Shown here piece after piece: positions 37,105-47,116 of a DNA stretch of 64,000 nucleotides. The notes below the pieces were generated by a model that was given only the letters and a program-made list of their open reading frames with translations, made no database searches and was not told the DNA's origin. The first letter of the stretch is position 1, and each line of letters begins with the position of its first letter. The stretch is from an uncultured Acidobacteriaceae bacterium. Its GTDB lineage: Bacteria > Acidobacteriota > Terriglobia > Terriglobales > Acidobacteriaceae. The stretch is from assembly GCA_963709835.1 (NCBI GenBank), contig CAVPYG010000089.1:11687-75686 (forward strand). Reading direction: 5' to 3'. Both the position numbers and the translations under genes were made by a program.

Positions 37105-40100
37105 ATGGCGCGGACTTTTCATAAAATCCTCTGCCTAATGCAGGGGAGTCTTTTATTGGGGCTGACGGTCGCGGTCCAGCTCAACGCCCAACCCAGCGCA
37201 CCGTCTGCGACGGCCTGGACCGGGGTGGTACGCACAGCCGCCGGCCAGCCTGTGGCCGGAGCGAAAGTAACGGTATTCGCATCCACGCTCAACAAGAACC
37301 AGCTAACCGCAGTCACGGGAAATGATGGAGAGTTTGCGATTGCGAGCATTGCACAAGGGCCGCATAGCGTGACCGTGCAACTGCCCGGGCGAGGTCCGAC
37401 ACCGACATTGCCAGTGGATATTAATGGAGCGACCGTTGTGCTGACGGTATCCGATCAAAACATGCTATCTGTCGCAGCCAATCCGCAAGCTCCCGCAGCA
37501 GGAGCCTCGACTGGGAATGCCAGCACAACTTCGAACACGGCCGGCGGAACGGGCGGTGAGAAACTCTCCAGCCAAACGGTAAGCGAGCTACCGTTGAACG
37601 GACGCGACTTCAGCACGTTGCTGTTGCTGGCGGCGGGCACCATGACGGACGTGAATGGGCAGACGAATTTTACCCAGCAGTTTGCCGTCAATGGACAGCG
37701 CGGCGTTGAGGCCGTGTTCGCGATGGACGGCGCGGATACCAGCGATCCTGAGATGGGCGGGAGTACGTTCACAAATTTCAACGTGGATGCGATTCAGGAG
37801 TTGCAGTCGAGCTCGGGCTGGATGCCGGCGGACATCGGGCGGGGCGCGGCGGGTTTCACCAACATCGTGACGCGATCCGGGAAAAGCGGATTTCACGGGT
37901 CATTCTTCGAGTTCTTGAGAAACTCCGCTCTCGATGCGCGGAATTATTTCGATCACCCGTCGATTGCGGAGCCGGGCCGGATCCCTCCGTTCCGGAGGAA
38001 TGAGTTCGGATTTACGAACGGCGGGCCAGTCGTGTTGCCGAATGTATATGACGGGCGCGGCCGGACGTTCTATTTCGTGCAGTATCAGGGATTCAGACAG
38101 GTGCTGGGAACAACGCAGGTGCTGGCTGTGCCAACGGCAGCAGAGCGAGCGGGTCAGGACTTTGTGACGTATCCGGATGGCAGCACGGACACGCTGCAAA
38201 TAGCGGGGAGTCCAGAAAGTCCGGGAGTGAATCCGGCGATCGCGACAATACTGGCGCGTTATCCACTCCCCAACAACCCAACCGGAGCGTATGGTGCGCG
38301 TACCTATGCAGCGCCTTCAAACGTGAACACAGATACGGACCAGTTTTCCATCCGCATCGATCAGAAAGTTGGCGCAAAAGGACAATTGTTTGGTCGATTC
38401 AATTACGACAATCTAACGGGACCGACAACAAATCCGGACCAGACACTGCTTGACCCGAGCTTTGGCGTGCAGTATGTGGATCGGCAGCGGAACGGGGTCA
38501 TCACTTACACGCGCACCGCGTCACCGCGCTTTCTGTGGTCGGCGTCGTTGAGTTTCACGCGAACGACGCCGTCGTTTGTGACGCCGAACCACACCGATCC
38601 GGCTTTGAAGTTCATCGATGGCCTCTATGAGCCGTTCAACGGCGCGGCGGGTTCGGTGATGTCGGCGTTCGGGAATTTGTTCCAGGGGCAATTGAATGCT
38701 TCCTGGACGACAGCGCGACACGTCGTGAAGTGGGGTGTGGAAGCACGCTTGAACCGGGACACGACATACTTCGGTATAAGTCCCAACGGCGAGTACGATT
38801 TTGGCGGTGGAACAGTTTATTCGCCGGTGTACATTCCTTCTGCGAGTGGACAGCATGATGTTCAGCCTGGCCAGGCCCTGCCAGACACGATGAGCAGTCT
38901 GTTACTCGGGTATCCGTATGGATACACGATCGCAGTCGCGCCGCCCTACGCGTCGAATGGCGCGCACATTGGGCCGGCGGCGATCAACCGGAACGACGTG
39001 AACGCCTACGTGGAAGACACATGGAAAATCAATCCGCAGTGGACGCTCGATTATGGGCTTCGATATGAGCTCTACACGCCGATTGCGGAGCGGGCGTACC
39101 GGACATCGAGTTTTCTGAATTCGTTCCCACCTGCGGGCGTGGGACAGGAATATTTGATCAATCCGCAGCCTAGGTATCAGACCGATGGGAACGGCTGGGG
39201 GCCGCGTTTGCAGGTGGACTGGAAAGCGCCGCAGGCGGTGCATGTGCACATGGGCGGGGCGATCACAGTGATTCCGCCAAATATCTGGCAAGACAATTTT
39301 CTTACGGGGTCAACGCCCTACGTTGTTTATCCCCGGGTCAATGCGGCGCAAAACGGGGAGATTGCCTACGGATTCCAAATTACACCGAACGAATTGCCGC
39401 CCGTCTATAACACCGCTGGCGTGAACGTGCTGGCCAGCGGCGATCCGAAAAAAGTCCCGGCGAATACGGTGATGGACGTAAATCGATACCAGCAGGATTT
39501 GGCGACGCTGTCGCCGAGTCAGCAGCTCTCGCTGCTGAGTCTGGCCGGGATCGACCGGCGCTTCGGCAATGGGTACTTGGAGACTTGGACGCTGGGGCTG
39601 GAACGGGCTTTCGGCGGCCTCACGGCAGATGTCGGCGTATGTCGGAACATCGGCGTTCCGACTTCCCAGAATGTCCTATCCAAACGCGTATCCCGGAGCG
39701 GATCCGGAATTTGCGCGATTTACAAACTTCGACAGCAGCGGAGCGGTGACGGGTGGTTTCGGATTCGAGTCTGTGATGACAGCAACGTCGCACTCGTCGT
39801 ACAACGCCTTGCAGACCTCACTGTCGGGCAAGGTTGGGCATGGCGGTCCGTCATTGCAGGCAGGCTACACCTGGGGCAAATCGCTGGATGATGTCAGCGG
39901 CGTGATCGGAGGAGCCGGATCGACGGGCGCAGTGGCGGTGTTCGGCCCGCAAGACCCTTTCGATACACAAGCGGAAAGAGGGCCGTCAAGCTTTGACGTG
40001 ACGCACGCCTTCACGTTGAGCGCGGCCCAGGATTTGCATTTCGAGCATTTGGGACTTCAGTCGGATCGAACGCACCTGTTGACGAAGGGCTGGGAGTTGC

Positions 40101-40600
40101 TGAGCATCTCGACGATCACCAGTGGTTCGCCGTTTACGGTTTATTCGGGGATCCAGCAGACGGGCGCGGGAACGATTGGCGCGGACCGGCCCGACCAGAT
40201 CGGAATACCGGACCTCTCGACGGCCAACAGCTCAACGCGACCCCGGGAGGATTATTTTGGGCGCGGCGCGGACAACGCCAGCTTCTTTTCCATTCCGGTC
40301 GGGATCGCGGGGGGAACCGGACCAAACTCGGGGCGCTTTGGAACGCTCGGCCGAAATACATTTCGCGGCCCGGCATATTATGATTTCGATTTTGCGCTCA
40401 TCAAGACGACTCCGATGGGCCACCGAGAAAGCGGTCTGGAGCGGGCGGACCTGCAGTTTCGCGAGGAGTTTTTCAATTTGTTCAATGTGGTCAACATGGG
40501 GCTGCCGGCGAACACCATCAAAGGGTCGGGGTTTGGCATCATCAGCAAGACTGAGGGAACCTCACGGCAAATTCAGTTTTCGCTAAAGGTCATCTATTAG
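37105..40600 (+). pseudogene. TonB-dependent receptor with N-terminal carboxypeptidase-regulatory-like domain, interrupted by a +1 frameshift near 39637
   Basis: Signal peptide, 'VVRTAAGQPVAGAKVTVF...TGNDGEFAI', plug-like 'LPLNGRDFSTLLLLAAG' and C-terminal 'SRQIQFSLKVIY'. The sensible protein sequence switches from the 37054 frame to the 39569 frame at 'ADVG|YVGTSAFRLPR'. Confidence 0.8.
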
Positions 40601-40858
40601 TCCAATTACTCAAGAAGCGGAAAAACTCCGGAGCAGTACCATGCCATCGCCAGGGAGCATGGGCCCCATCCCCGTAATGGAGAACTTGACATTCAGGCAC
40701 TGAAACCGCATGTACTTTGGTAATCTCGCGTGCTCATTGGGACGTACCCAAACGGGCCCTGATCCTCGATATTAGTATGGGGCATTGGCTGTAAGGCAGA
40801 TCGACCGATCCCCCACTTTTGGACAAACGGGCTGGCGAAGGGGCCCGGTTGGCGCTTC

Positions 40859-43265
40859 ATGAATAGACTGCTCCGGGCTACGCAAAGAACCGTGAAGACG
40901 CGATTAGGGAGTCTCGTAGTGCGCCCGAAATTGGTATTTGTATTTGGTTTTTTCGGGACGACTATCGCCGTCTTGGTTTTTCTCTCCTGGTTTCACAGGG
41001 ACCAGGTGGATGAAGCCCGCTCTGCCCAGGCAACGCTCAATCAAATTGCGGTGCTTACGCGAGAGATCAACAATCTAACGTTGACCGCCTTGCAAAATCA
41101 GAACCTGACTCCGAAAGCGGACGCGGAGATGCGGGAGGCAAGGCACGCGCTGCCGAAAGCAGTGCTGGCGGCGCATCTTCACGCTTATCACAGCGCTGCC
41201 CTCGATCAGGCCTGGCCCGCGTTAGACAACTACATCGCGTCGGCCGGGCGGCAATGGATACTGATGCAAGTCCGGGACTTTGACGAGGCCAAGCAGGCCG
41301 ATTTTCAGGCGGTCGGCCCGCAGTTCGACTTGATGCAGCACCAACTTCAGATTGCCGTTGAAGCCGAGGACAAATGGGCGCAGGGAGTTGCGTTCAGGGC
41401 TAGAAACGAATTCCTGGGGGTCGCAGTATTGGCGGCGGCCGCGATGCTGATACTTTTTCTCCGGCTCAAGCGGCAAGAGCACCTCGGCGAGTTGCAACAA
41501 ACGGAACGCAACGCGCTGCGGGAGAGCGAAGAGCGCTTCCGTGCTCTCACCGAGCAGTCCACCGACATCATTCTGATCGCCGATCCCTCTGGCCAAATCC
41601 AGTACGCCAGTCCTTCCGTTGCGATGGCTCTAGCGGCGCATGGAGACAGTCTGGTTGGAACGAACCTGATCGAATTGGTACATCCGGACGATTTCGCGAA
41701 AACCATGAGCACGGGGCGGCGATCGGCGGCGCATGGGCAGAATCCGAGACAGATTCCGAGCCAGAATCCGATAGTTGAGTTCCGGCTACGGCATGCCGAC
41801 GGCAGGTGGCTGCATTTCGAGTGTGTGGTTCGAAACCTGATTCAGCACAAGAACATCGGCGGCATTGTTTACAACGCCCGGGACATAACAGAACGGAAGC
41901 AGGCGCAGGATGAATTGCTTTTTAACGCCACCCACGATGTGCTCACCGGGCTTCCCAACCGGGCCTTGTTTCTGGGGCGCCTGCAAATCGTCGTGGACCG
42001 GATGAAAAGGCATCCACACCAGGCTGCGGCCGTCCTTTTCATCGATATTGACGACTTCAAGGACGTCAATGATTGCTATGGCCACGTAATTGGGGACGTT
42101 CTGATCAAAGAAGTGAGCAACCGACTCAGGGCATGCATGCGCAGCGACCTGACAATCGCCAGGATGGGAGGGGATGAGTTTACGGTGCTGGTGGAGGACG
42201 TTACCGATCCGAGCGATGCCATCCGTGTCGCGCAGAGGATCCAGTCGTCATTTACACGGCCGTTCCTGGTGGAGGGACTGGAGGTGTTCAAGAGTACGTC
42301 CATTGGCATCGCGCTGACATCGCCAGGGACATCGGCGGAGGCGGTGCTGCAGAATGCGGATATCGCCATGTATCGCGCGAAAGACAAAGGCAAGGCTTGC
42401 AGTGAGCTGTTTGACCGCACGATGCACGAGCAGGTCATGAGCCGGCTTATGCTGGAAGCCAAGCTGCGATACGCGCTCCAGAATAAAGAACTGACACTTC
42501 ACTACCAGCCAATCGTCGCGGTGGATACGGGGGCAGTACAGGGCTTCGAGGCGCTGTTGCGGTGGCAGCCGTCGGGATCGAATCCGATACCACCTGACAC
42601 TTTTGTCCCGGTAGCAGAACAGTGCGGGCTGATTGTTCCTATCAGTGTTTGGGCGTTGAGGACGGCGTGCCTGGAGGCGGCGAGTTGGCGAAAGCGCTAT
42701 CCGGCCAGACCCGCCGTTATATGTCGGCGTCAACATCAGTTCCAAGCATTTCTCTCACGCCGGTTTTATTGGGCACGTCAAAGATGCACTGGAAGAGAGC
42801 GGGGTCGATCCGCGGTCGATCGCCATCGAGATCACCGAAAGCCTGGCCATGAACGACGCTGCGGCGACGGAGCAAACCATGTCGCAACTGCGGACTTTAG
42901 GAGTGAGGCTGAGTATCGACGATTTTGGCACGGGATATTCCTCGCTGAGCTATCTCCGACGCTTCCCAGTGGATACGCTGAAAATCGATCAGTCGTTCGT
43001 TAAAACGATGGATGGCGGAAACTATGCCATCGTTAAAACCATCGTCGGGCTGGCGCGTAATCTGGAACTTAAAGTGGTCGCTGAAGGGGTGGAAACACCT
43101 GACCAACACCAACTGTTGGCGAAGGCCGGTTGTGGGTCGGCCCAGGGATACTTGTTTGCCGAGCCCATGCCGGCGAAGAGCGTAGGCGTTTTCATTGAGT
43201 CGAACCGGCAAAACGCCGGACCGGCTAAACCGATGGGCTTGGCGCGCTCGACCGCGGGACGTTGA
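40859..43265 (+). pseudogene. Membrane sensor PAS-GGDEF-EAL protein, interrupted by a +1 frameshift near 42707
   Basis: PAS 'SEERFRALTEQSTDIILIADPSGQIQY', 'GGDEFTVLV', and EAL 'FEALLRW'. After 'RKRYPA' the sensible sequence ('DPPLYVGVNISSKHF...EITES...DDFGTGYSSLSYL...KIDQSFV') continues in the next frame, the one holding the 42849 ORF. Confidence 0.8.
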
Positions 43266-43403
43266 TACTTCAGGCGGAGACGGTGCATTGGAGGCTTTCC
43301 GCTGAGAGGAACTGGACACGGCAGACGGACCTATCAACGCGTCAGACAACGACCAGTTGGCCAAAGAGAGTTTCAACGCGAATTTCTTTCGTGATTGACG
43401 AAG

Positions 43404-43465
43404 ACAGGCCGTAGCGCTCAAAACCCCGATGGCGGGGTCGGTGAGTGTCATGGCGATTTTGCGAC
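43404..43465. repeat. Hairpin repeat R2 (variant A)
   Basis: 'caggccgtagcgctcaaaaccccgatggcggggtcggtgagtgtcatggcgattttgcgac'. Confidence 0.8.
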
Positions 43466-43487
43466 ACGGGACGACCTAACATGCAGC

Positions 43488-43916
43488 CTAGAAGCACTCT
43501 CCGGGACCGACGTTACTGCTTCGGTATGCTCCCCGTACCGTGTACGGACTTGTAGTCGGCTCAATGCCGAGGCCAGCTACGTCAAGTGTTTCGATCCAGA
43601 AGGGGTGCAAACGGTACCTGACTCGATAGGTAATCGCCACGCGTCGAGAAGGGCTTGCTGCCAACAGTTCCTTCAACTTGCGGGAGTAAAAAACGTCAAA
43701 GCACTCGATCTGGCCCGACCTTCTCACCATCACCACCTTCGGTTTTCCCTGTCCATCAACATTTGGGAGATTGCTGGCAGGTTGGTAGGTATTGTCCGGG
43801 AAATAGGTCAGGCAGAAGGTTTTGGTTCGTGTGTAGTATCCAAAAAAAATGGCGTAGACAACGACGGCTGATCCGATCAGAGCCGTGATGTAGCAGAGAC
43901 GCTTATACTTCCCCAT
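43488..43916 (-). CDS. Hypothetical membrane-anchored protein (orphan), flanked by hairpins R4 and R2
   Basis: ATG at 43916 ('MGKYKRLCYITALIGSAVVVYAIFF'). One N-terminal TM segment. No family recognised. Confidence 0.5.
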   Translation of the reverse strand: MGKYKRLCYITALIGSAVVVYAIFFGYYTRTKTFCLTYFPDNTYQPASNLPNVDGQGKPKVVMVRRSGQIECFDVFYSRKLKELLAASPSRRVAITYRVRYRLHPFWIETLDVAGLGIEPTTSPYTVRGAYRSSNVGPGECF

Positions 43917-43960
43917 CTTTCGCGACCGATCTGCGGCCAGTTTACACCACCAACTGTTCA

Positions 43961-44012
43961 AAGCAGGCGATAGCGCTCAAAACCCCTCAATGAGCGGTAT
44001 CGCGATTCTTCT
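43961..44012. repeat. Hairpin repeat R4 (variant B)
   Basis: 'aagcaggcgatagcgctcaaaacccctcaatgagcggtatcgcgattcttc'. Confidence 0.8.
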
Positions 44013-44130
44013 ACCACAACCGCCTCCCGCTTGGCGTATTGAATCTCGACGCCTGTACAATCTACCGAACCGCTTCGGTGATTTTGACATACTGAAAGAG
44101 GGCGCCGGAGGATTGCCAAAAGGAGGCAAC

Positions 44131-44313
44131 GTGGAGTTTGTAATGTTTGAAGATGTGGACGGCCTGGAAGTCTTTGTGAACCCCGAGCGGGTTGTCTGGG
44201 TCAGAGAATATCCCAACCAAATTACAGTCATCAGCTGTGGACACGATGACAAGTTTTCGGTGCGCCTGGCTCCTGCTCATGCCGTTGCCGCGTTGGGCAA
44301 GCTGGCTCGCTAG
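44131..44313 (+). CDS. Hypothetical 60-aa protein
   Basis: GTG at 44131, preceded by a strong 'aaggagg' 5 nt upstream. 'VEFVMFEDVDGLEVFVNPERVVWV...'. No family recognised. Confidence 0.4.
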   Translation: MEFVMFEDVDGLEVFVNPERVVWVREYPNQITVISCGHDDKFSVRLAPAHAVAALGKLAR

Positions 44314-44450
44314 ACCGGAGGATCTGTGTTTTTGACGGGGGGCTGTGTCGAAAGGTAAGTTCAAAGCAAATCCCTGAGAGCACTCATGGTTGCCGAAGAG
44401 GGCGATTGCGGGGGGTGTGCATCGGTGCGAGGAATGGCGATTATCGCCGA

Positions 44451-45488
44451 CTATTTTGAAACATGGTGTCCCGAACCAGTCGCGACAGGCCCACGGCAAC
44501 GAGCTTTCCAAACGCCAGGAGTTATCAACCGCACCGTGATGTCTAGCTTGTCCATTTCCATGCCAGTCGCCTGAGAAGCTGTCGTGGCGGGAACGTTTTC
44601 CACGATGTCGAGCGCATCGGCTACGGTCTGAAACCGCACCCCATCGTCGGCAACGAGATCTAGCGTACGTTCCTCTCGCACCCTGTAAATCTCTGATAAA
44701 CGACCTGCCAGACCGTTCCAATCTATCTGCTGTTCATTCAGCAGGAGTTCGCCTGCGTCGGTTATGTGCAGAAGGGTGACTCGGTTGTTAGAACAATTCC
44801 CGCAGCAGGATGGGGCGAGTTCGAGCTCGAGGCCAGTTGGCGCTCGCGGGGCGAAATACGGCGCATACATCGCAACGAGTGCCGCCAGACCGGATGCGGC
44901 AATTAAGCCGAACGCCGGGAGTTGAGAGAATCGTTTCTTTAACGCGAGCCTCCGTCTACCCTGCCGGTATCCGCTTATTGGGCTCGGGTCGTTAGGCACT
45001 TCGTTCTCAAGCAAGTCTCTCCGCGTGCGGAGATAGTTGTAGGCACATGTCGCGGGAACAGCCACGAGTATTCCCGCAGCGGTTGTAACCAGTGCTACGG
45101 CTATTCTTGACGAAATCAGCGCCAGCGCAGCGTTTTTTTCCATGGCGATTCCGCCGAATCCGAGTCCGCTCATTATGCCGACGCATGTGCCAGCAAGCCC
45201 GAGGTACGGGGCGCTAGAGGCAATTGCTTTGAGACCGCCCAACTCAATTCTCAGGGTGGCGGCGAGCTTCCTGCTACTGGCACTATCAATCTGTCTCGCA
45301 CGCCGAGCTAAGTAGTAGCGACAGAAAACGCGGGCGACAACGACGACGACATAAGCGAGCATGAGCGCAAGCACGACGACATCGAGGCGCACAATCCAGT
45401 TCATCCAGCGCCACAAGTAGCCGACACTCCACTCGCACCCGTACGGTCGCCACGAGTTGAGACAGACTCCGGTCATCGGGAGAAGCAT
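44451..45488 (-). CDS. Single-polypeptide ExbB/TolQ/MotA-family proton channel fused to an ExbD/TolR-family domain
   Basis: ExbB-like 'APYLGLAGTCVGIMSGL...RIAVALVTTAAGILVAVPATCAYNYL'. Then a TM 'FGLIAASGLAALVAMY' and ExbD-like 'VTLLHITDAGELLLNEQQIDWNGLAGRL...LDLVADDGVRFQTVADALDIV'. RBS 'gaaggag'. Confidence 0.75.
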   Translation of the reverse strand: MLLPMTGVCLNSWRPYGCEWSVGYLWRWMNWIVRLDVVVLALMLAYVVVVVARVFCRYYLARRARQIDSASSRKLAATLRIELGGLKAIASSAPYLGLAGTCVGIMSGLGFGGIAMEKNAALALISSRIAVALVTTAAGILVAVPATCAYNYLRTRRDLLENEVPNDPSPISGYRQGRRRLALKKRFSQLPAFGLIAASGLAALVAMYAPYFAPRAPTGLELELAPSCCGNCSNNRVTLLHITDAGELLLNEQQIDWNGLAGRLSEIYRVREERTLDLVADDGVRFQTVADALDIVENVPATTASQATGMEMDKLDITVRLITPGVWKARCRGPVATGSGHHVSK

Positions 45489-45550
45489 ACTCCTTCGGTT
45501 GGTGGCTTCGTTAACATAGACACCAGAGGAGCTGTTATGGTTCCATTGGC

Positions 45551-45580
45551 GAAATCAGGTCGCTACACTCACCAGCGGTA
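45551..45580. repeat. Partial hairpin-family copy R5 (left arm only)
   Basis: 'gaaatcaggtcgctacactcacc' matches the left end of R1 ('atcaggccattacgctcag'). No convincing right arm. Confidence 0.4.
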
Positions 45581-45634
45581 GGCTCGAATCCGGATCCGCA
45601 TCGCGCCACGGACAACTCGGAAACACGGGATACC

Positions 45635-46996
45635 CTATTTCCCCACACCCACAATCAGGTCGCTCGGGCCGGGTAGGTTGATCCGGCTTACATCGGTGAA
45701 ACCCGCGGCCTTCATCCAGCGGGTGTATTCGGGTTCACTGTAACTGGCGCCGGCGTCGGTTGAGACGAGCATGTTCAGGGAGAACAATGCCGCGTGCTGG
45801 GGCCCGGTTTTGTCGGGATTGAGAATGAAGTCCTGCACCACGAGACGGCCGTTCGGCGCGAGAGCGTGGCGGGCGCGACGGAAGATGGCCTGGTTCTGCT
45901 CCTCGGAGAACATGTGGCAGATCGCGTTCAGCATGACGAGGTCGTAGCCGGAGCCGAAATCGTCGTGCAGCATGTCTCCGGCGCACAGCGTAACTTGCGC
46001 CGAGACGCCGGCCTGGCGAACATATTCGGCGGTGAGGGCAACGACCTCCGGGAGATCGAGGATCTCGCACCGCGCCTCGGGACTAGCTTTGGCGAAGGCG
46101 ATGGAGTATGCGCCGGAGCCTCCGCCGAGATCGAGGATGCGGCGGATTCCGGCGGTGCCCAGGGCCTTCACGACCAACGGAGCACGATCTTTGGCGTGGC
46201 GCTGCATGGCGGCGATGAAGTTGCGCGTCCATTCCGGGGCGGCGTCGCGAGGCGGAGCGGTGGGGACGCGGGTGCCGCTGCGCACCGCGTCGGTCATCGT
46301 GCTCCAGCGATGCCAGATGTTGGCGGAGTGGAGCAGGCCATCGCGGTGATTGTCTTTCGAGCCCTGCACAAAGAAGCGGGCCGACTCGGGCGTGTTTTTG
46401 TAATCGTCGCCGGTCTTCGTAAGCAATCCGAGCGAGACGAGCGCGTTGAGCAGCACGCCGGCGCCGCGCGCATTGGCGTGGATCTTCTTGCCGATCTGTT
46501 CGGCATTGGCTCCATCGCCAACGGCGGTAAAGATGTCGAGTTCGAGCGCCGATAGCAGGCAGCGGCTGGGCATGTAGCCGCGGATCATCTGCTCGAGGCG
46601 ATCGGGCAGCATCCCGGATTTATCGCGGGCAGCCATCGCGGCGCGGAACTTGTCGCGATGGTCGGCCGACATGGCCTTCATCGCCGGGGCATCGTTCCAC
46701 ACGAGACGCTCGACGGGCTGGCCATCGGCGAGGTGGGTGGCGACGATTTCGGCAACGTCCGCCGGTCGCACGCGGCGGTACCACACCCCTTCGGGATAGA
46801 CGACGAGCACTGGCCCTTCATCGCACAATCCCATGCAGCCGCAAGTCGTGAGTTGCGCCTGGTTGTCGAGTCCGCGGGCCTGGATCTCGCGATCGAGCGC
46901 ATCGAGCACGGCGAACGATCCGCTGGCCGGACAGGAGGGGATGCCTTCTGGCTTTTGCTGGGTACAGACAAAAAGATGAAAGCGGAACGGTTCCAT
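45635..46996 (-). CDS. Thioredoxin-like [2Fe-2S] ferredoxin domain fused to a class I SAM-dependent (O-)methyltransferase
   Basis: N-terminal 'FHLFVCTQQ...SCPASG...TTCGCMGLCDEGPVLVVYPEGVWY'. C-terminal dimerisation-like region and SAM motif 'ILDLGGGSGAYSIAFA...DLVMLNAICHMF'. Confidence 0.75.
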   Translation of the reverse strand: MEPFRFHLFVCTQQKPEGIPSCPASGSFAVLDALDREIQARGLDNQAQLTTCGCMGLCDEGPVLVVYPEGVWYRRVRPADVAEIVATHLADGQPVERLVWNDAPAMKAMSADHRDKFRAAMAARDKSGMLPDRLEQMIRGYMPSRCLLSALELDIFTAVGDGANAEQIGKKIHANARGAGVLLNALVSLGLLTKTGDDYKNTPESARFFVQGSKDNHRDGLLHSANIWHRWSTMTDAVRSGTRVPTAPPRDAAPEWTRNFIAAMQRHAKDRAPLVVKALGTAGIRRILDLGGGSGAYSIAFAKASPEARCEILDLPEVVALTAEYVRQAGVSAQVTLCAGDMLHDDFGSGYDLVMLNAICHMFSEEQNQAIFRRARHALAPNGRLVVQDFILNPDKTGPQHAALFSLNMLVSTDAGASYSEPEYTRWMKAAGFTDVSRINLPGPSDLIVGVGK

Positions 46997-47116
46997 GGCG
47001 GGCTCCTATCAAGAGTTCAGATGGCGGTTTCAGGCCAAAGATAGATGTTAGACGATCGCGGTAAGTTTATCGCGGCGATGGCGGGTCGGCTCTGCCAATC
47101 TCGGCGACCGCCGCTG

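Noticed and set aside
34071-45580. Hairpin repeats R1-R8 considered as integron attC sites (a CALIN or chromosomal integron)
   Set aside because: I could not find RYYYAAC/GTTRRRY core sites at the ends, and there is no intI-like tyrosine recombinase gene in the window. The flanked genes are not uniformly oriented. I kept this as an unexplained repeat family and did not call it an integron.
45556-45615. 'ggctcgaatccgg...gcgcca' looked like a tRNA T-arm plus CCA end
   Set aside because: The flanking bases do not form a T-stem, acceptor stem or anticodon arm. It overlaps the partial hairpin-family copy R5.
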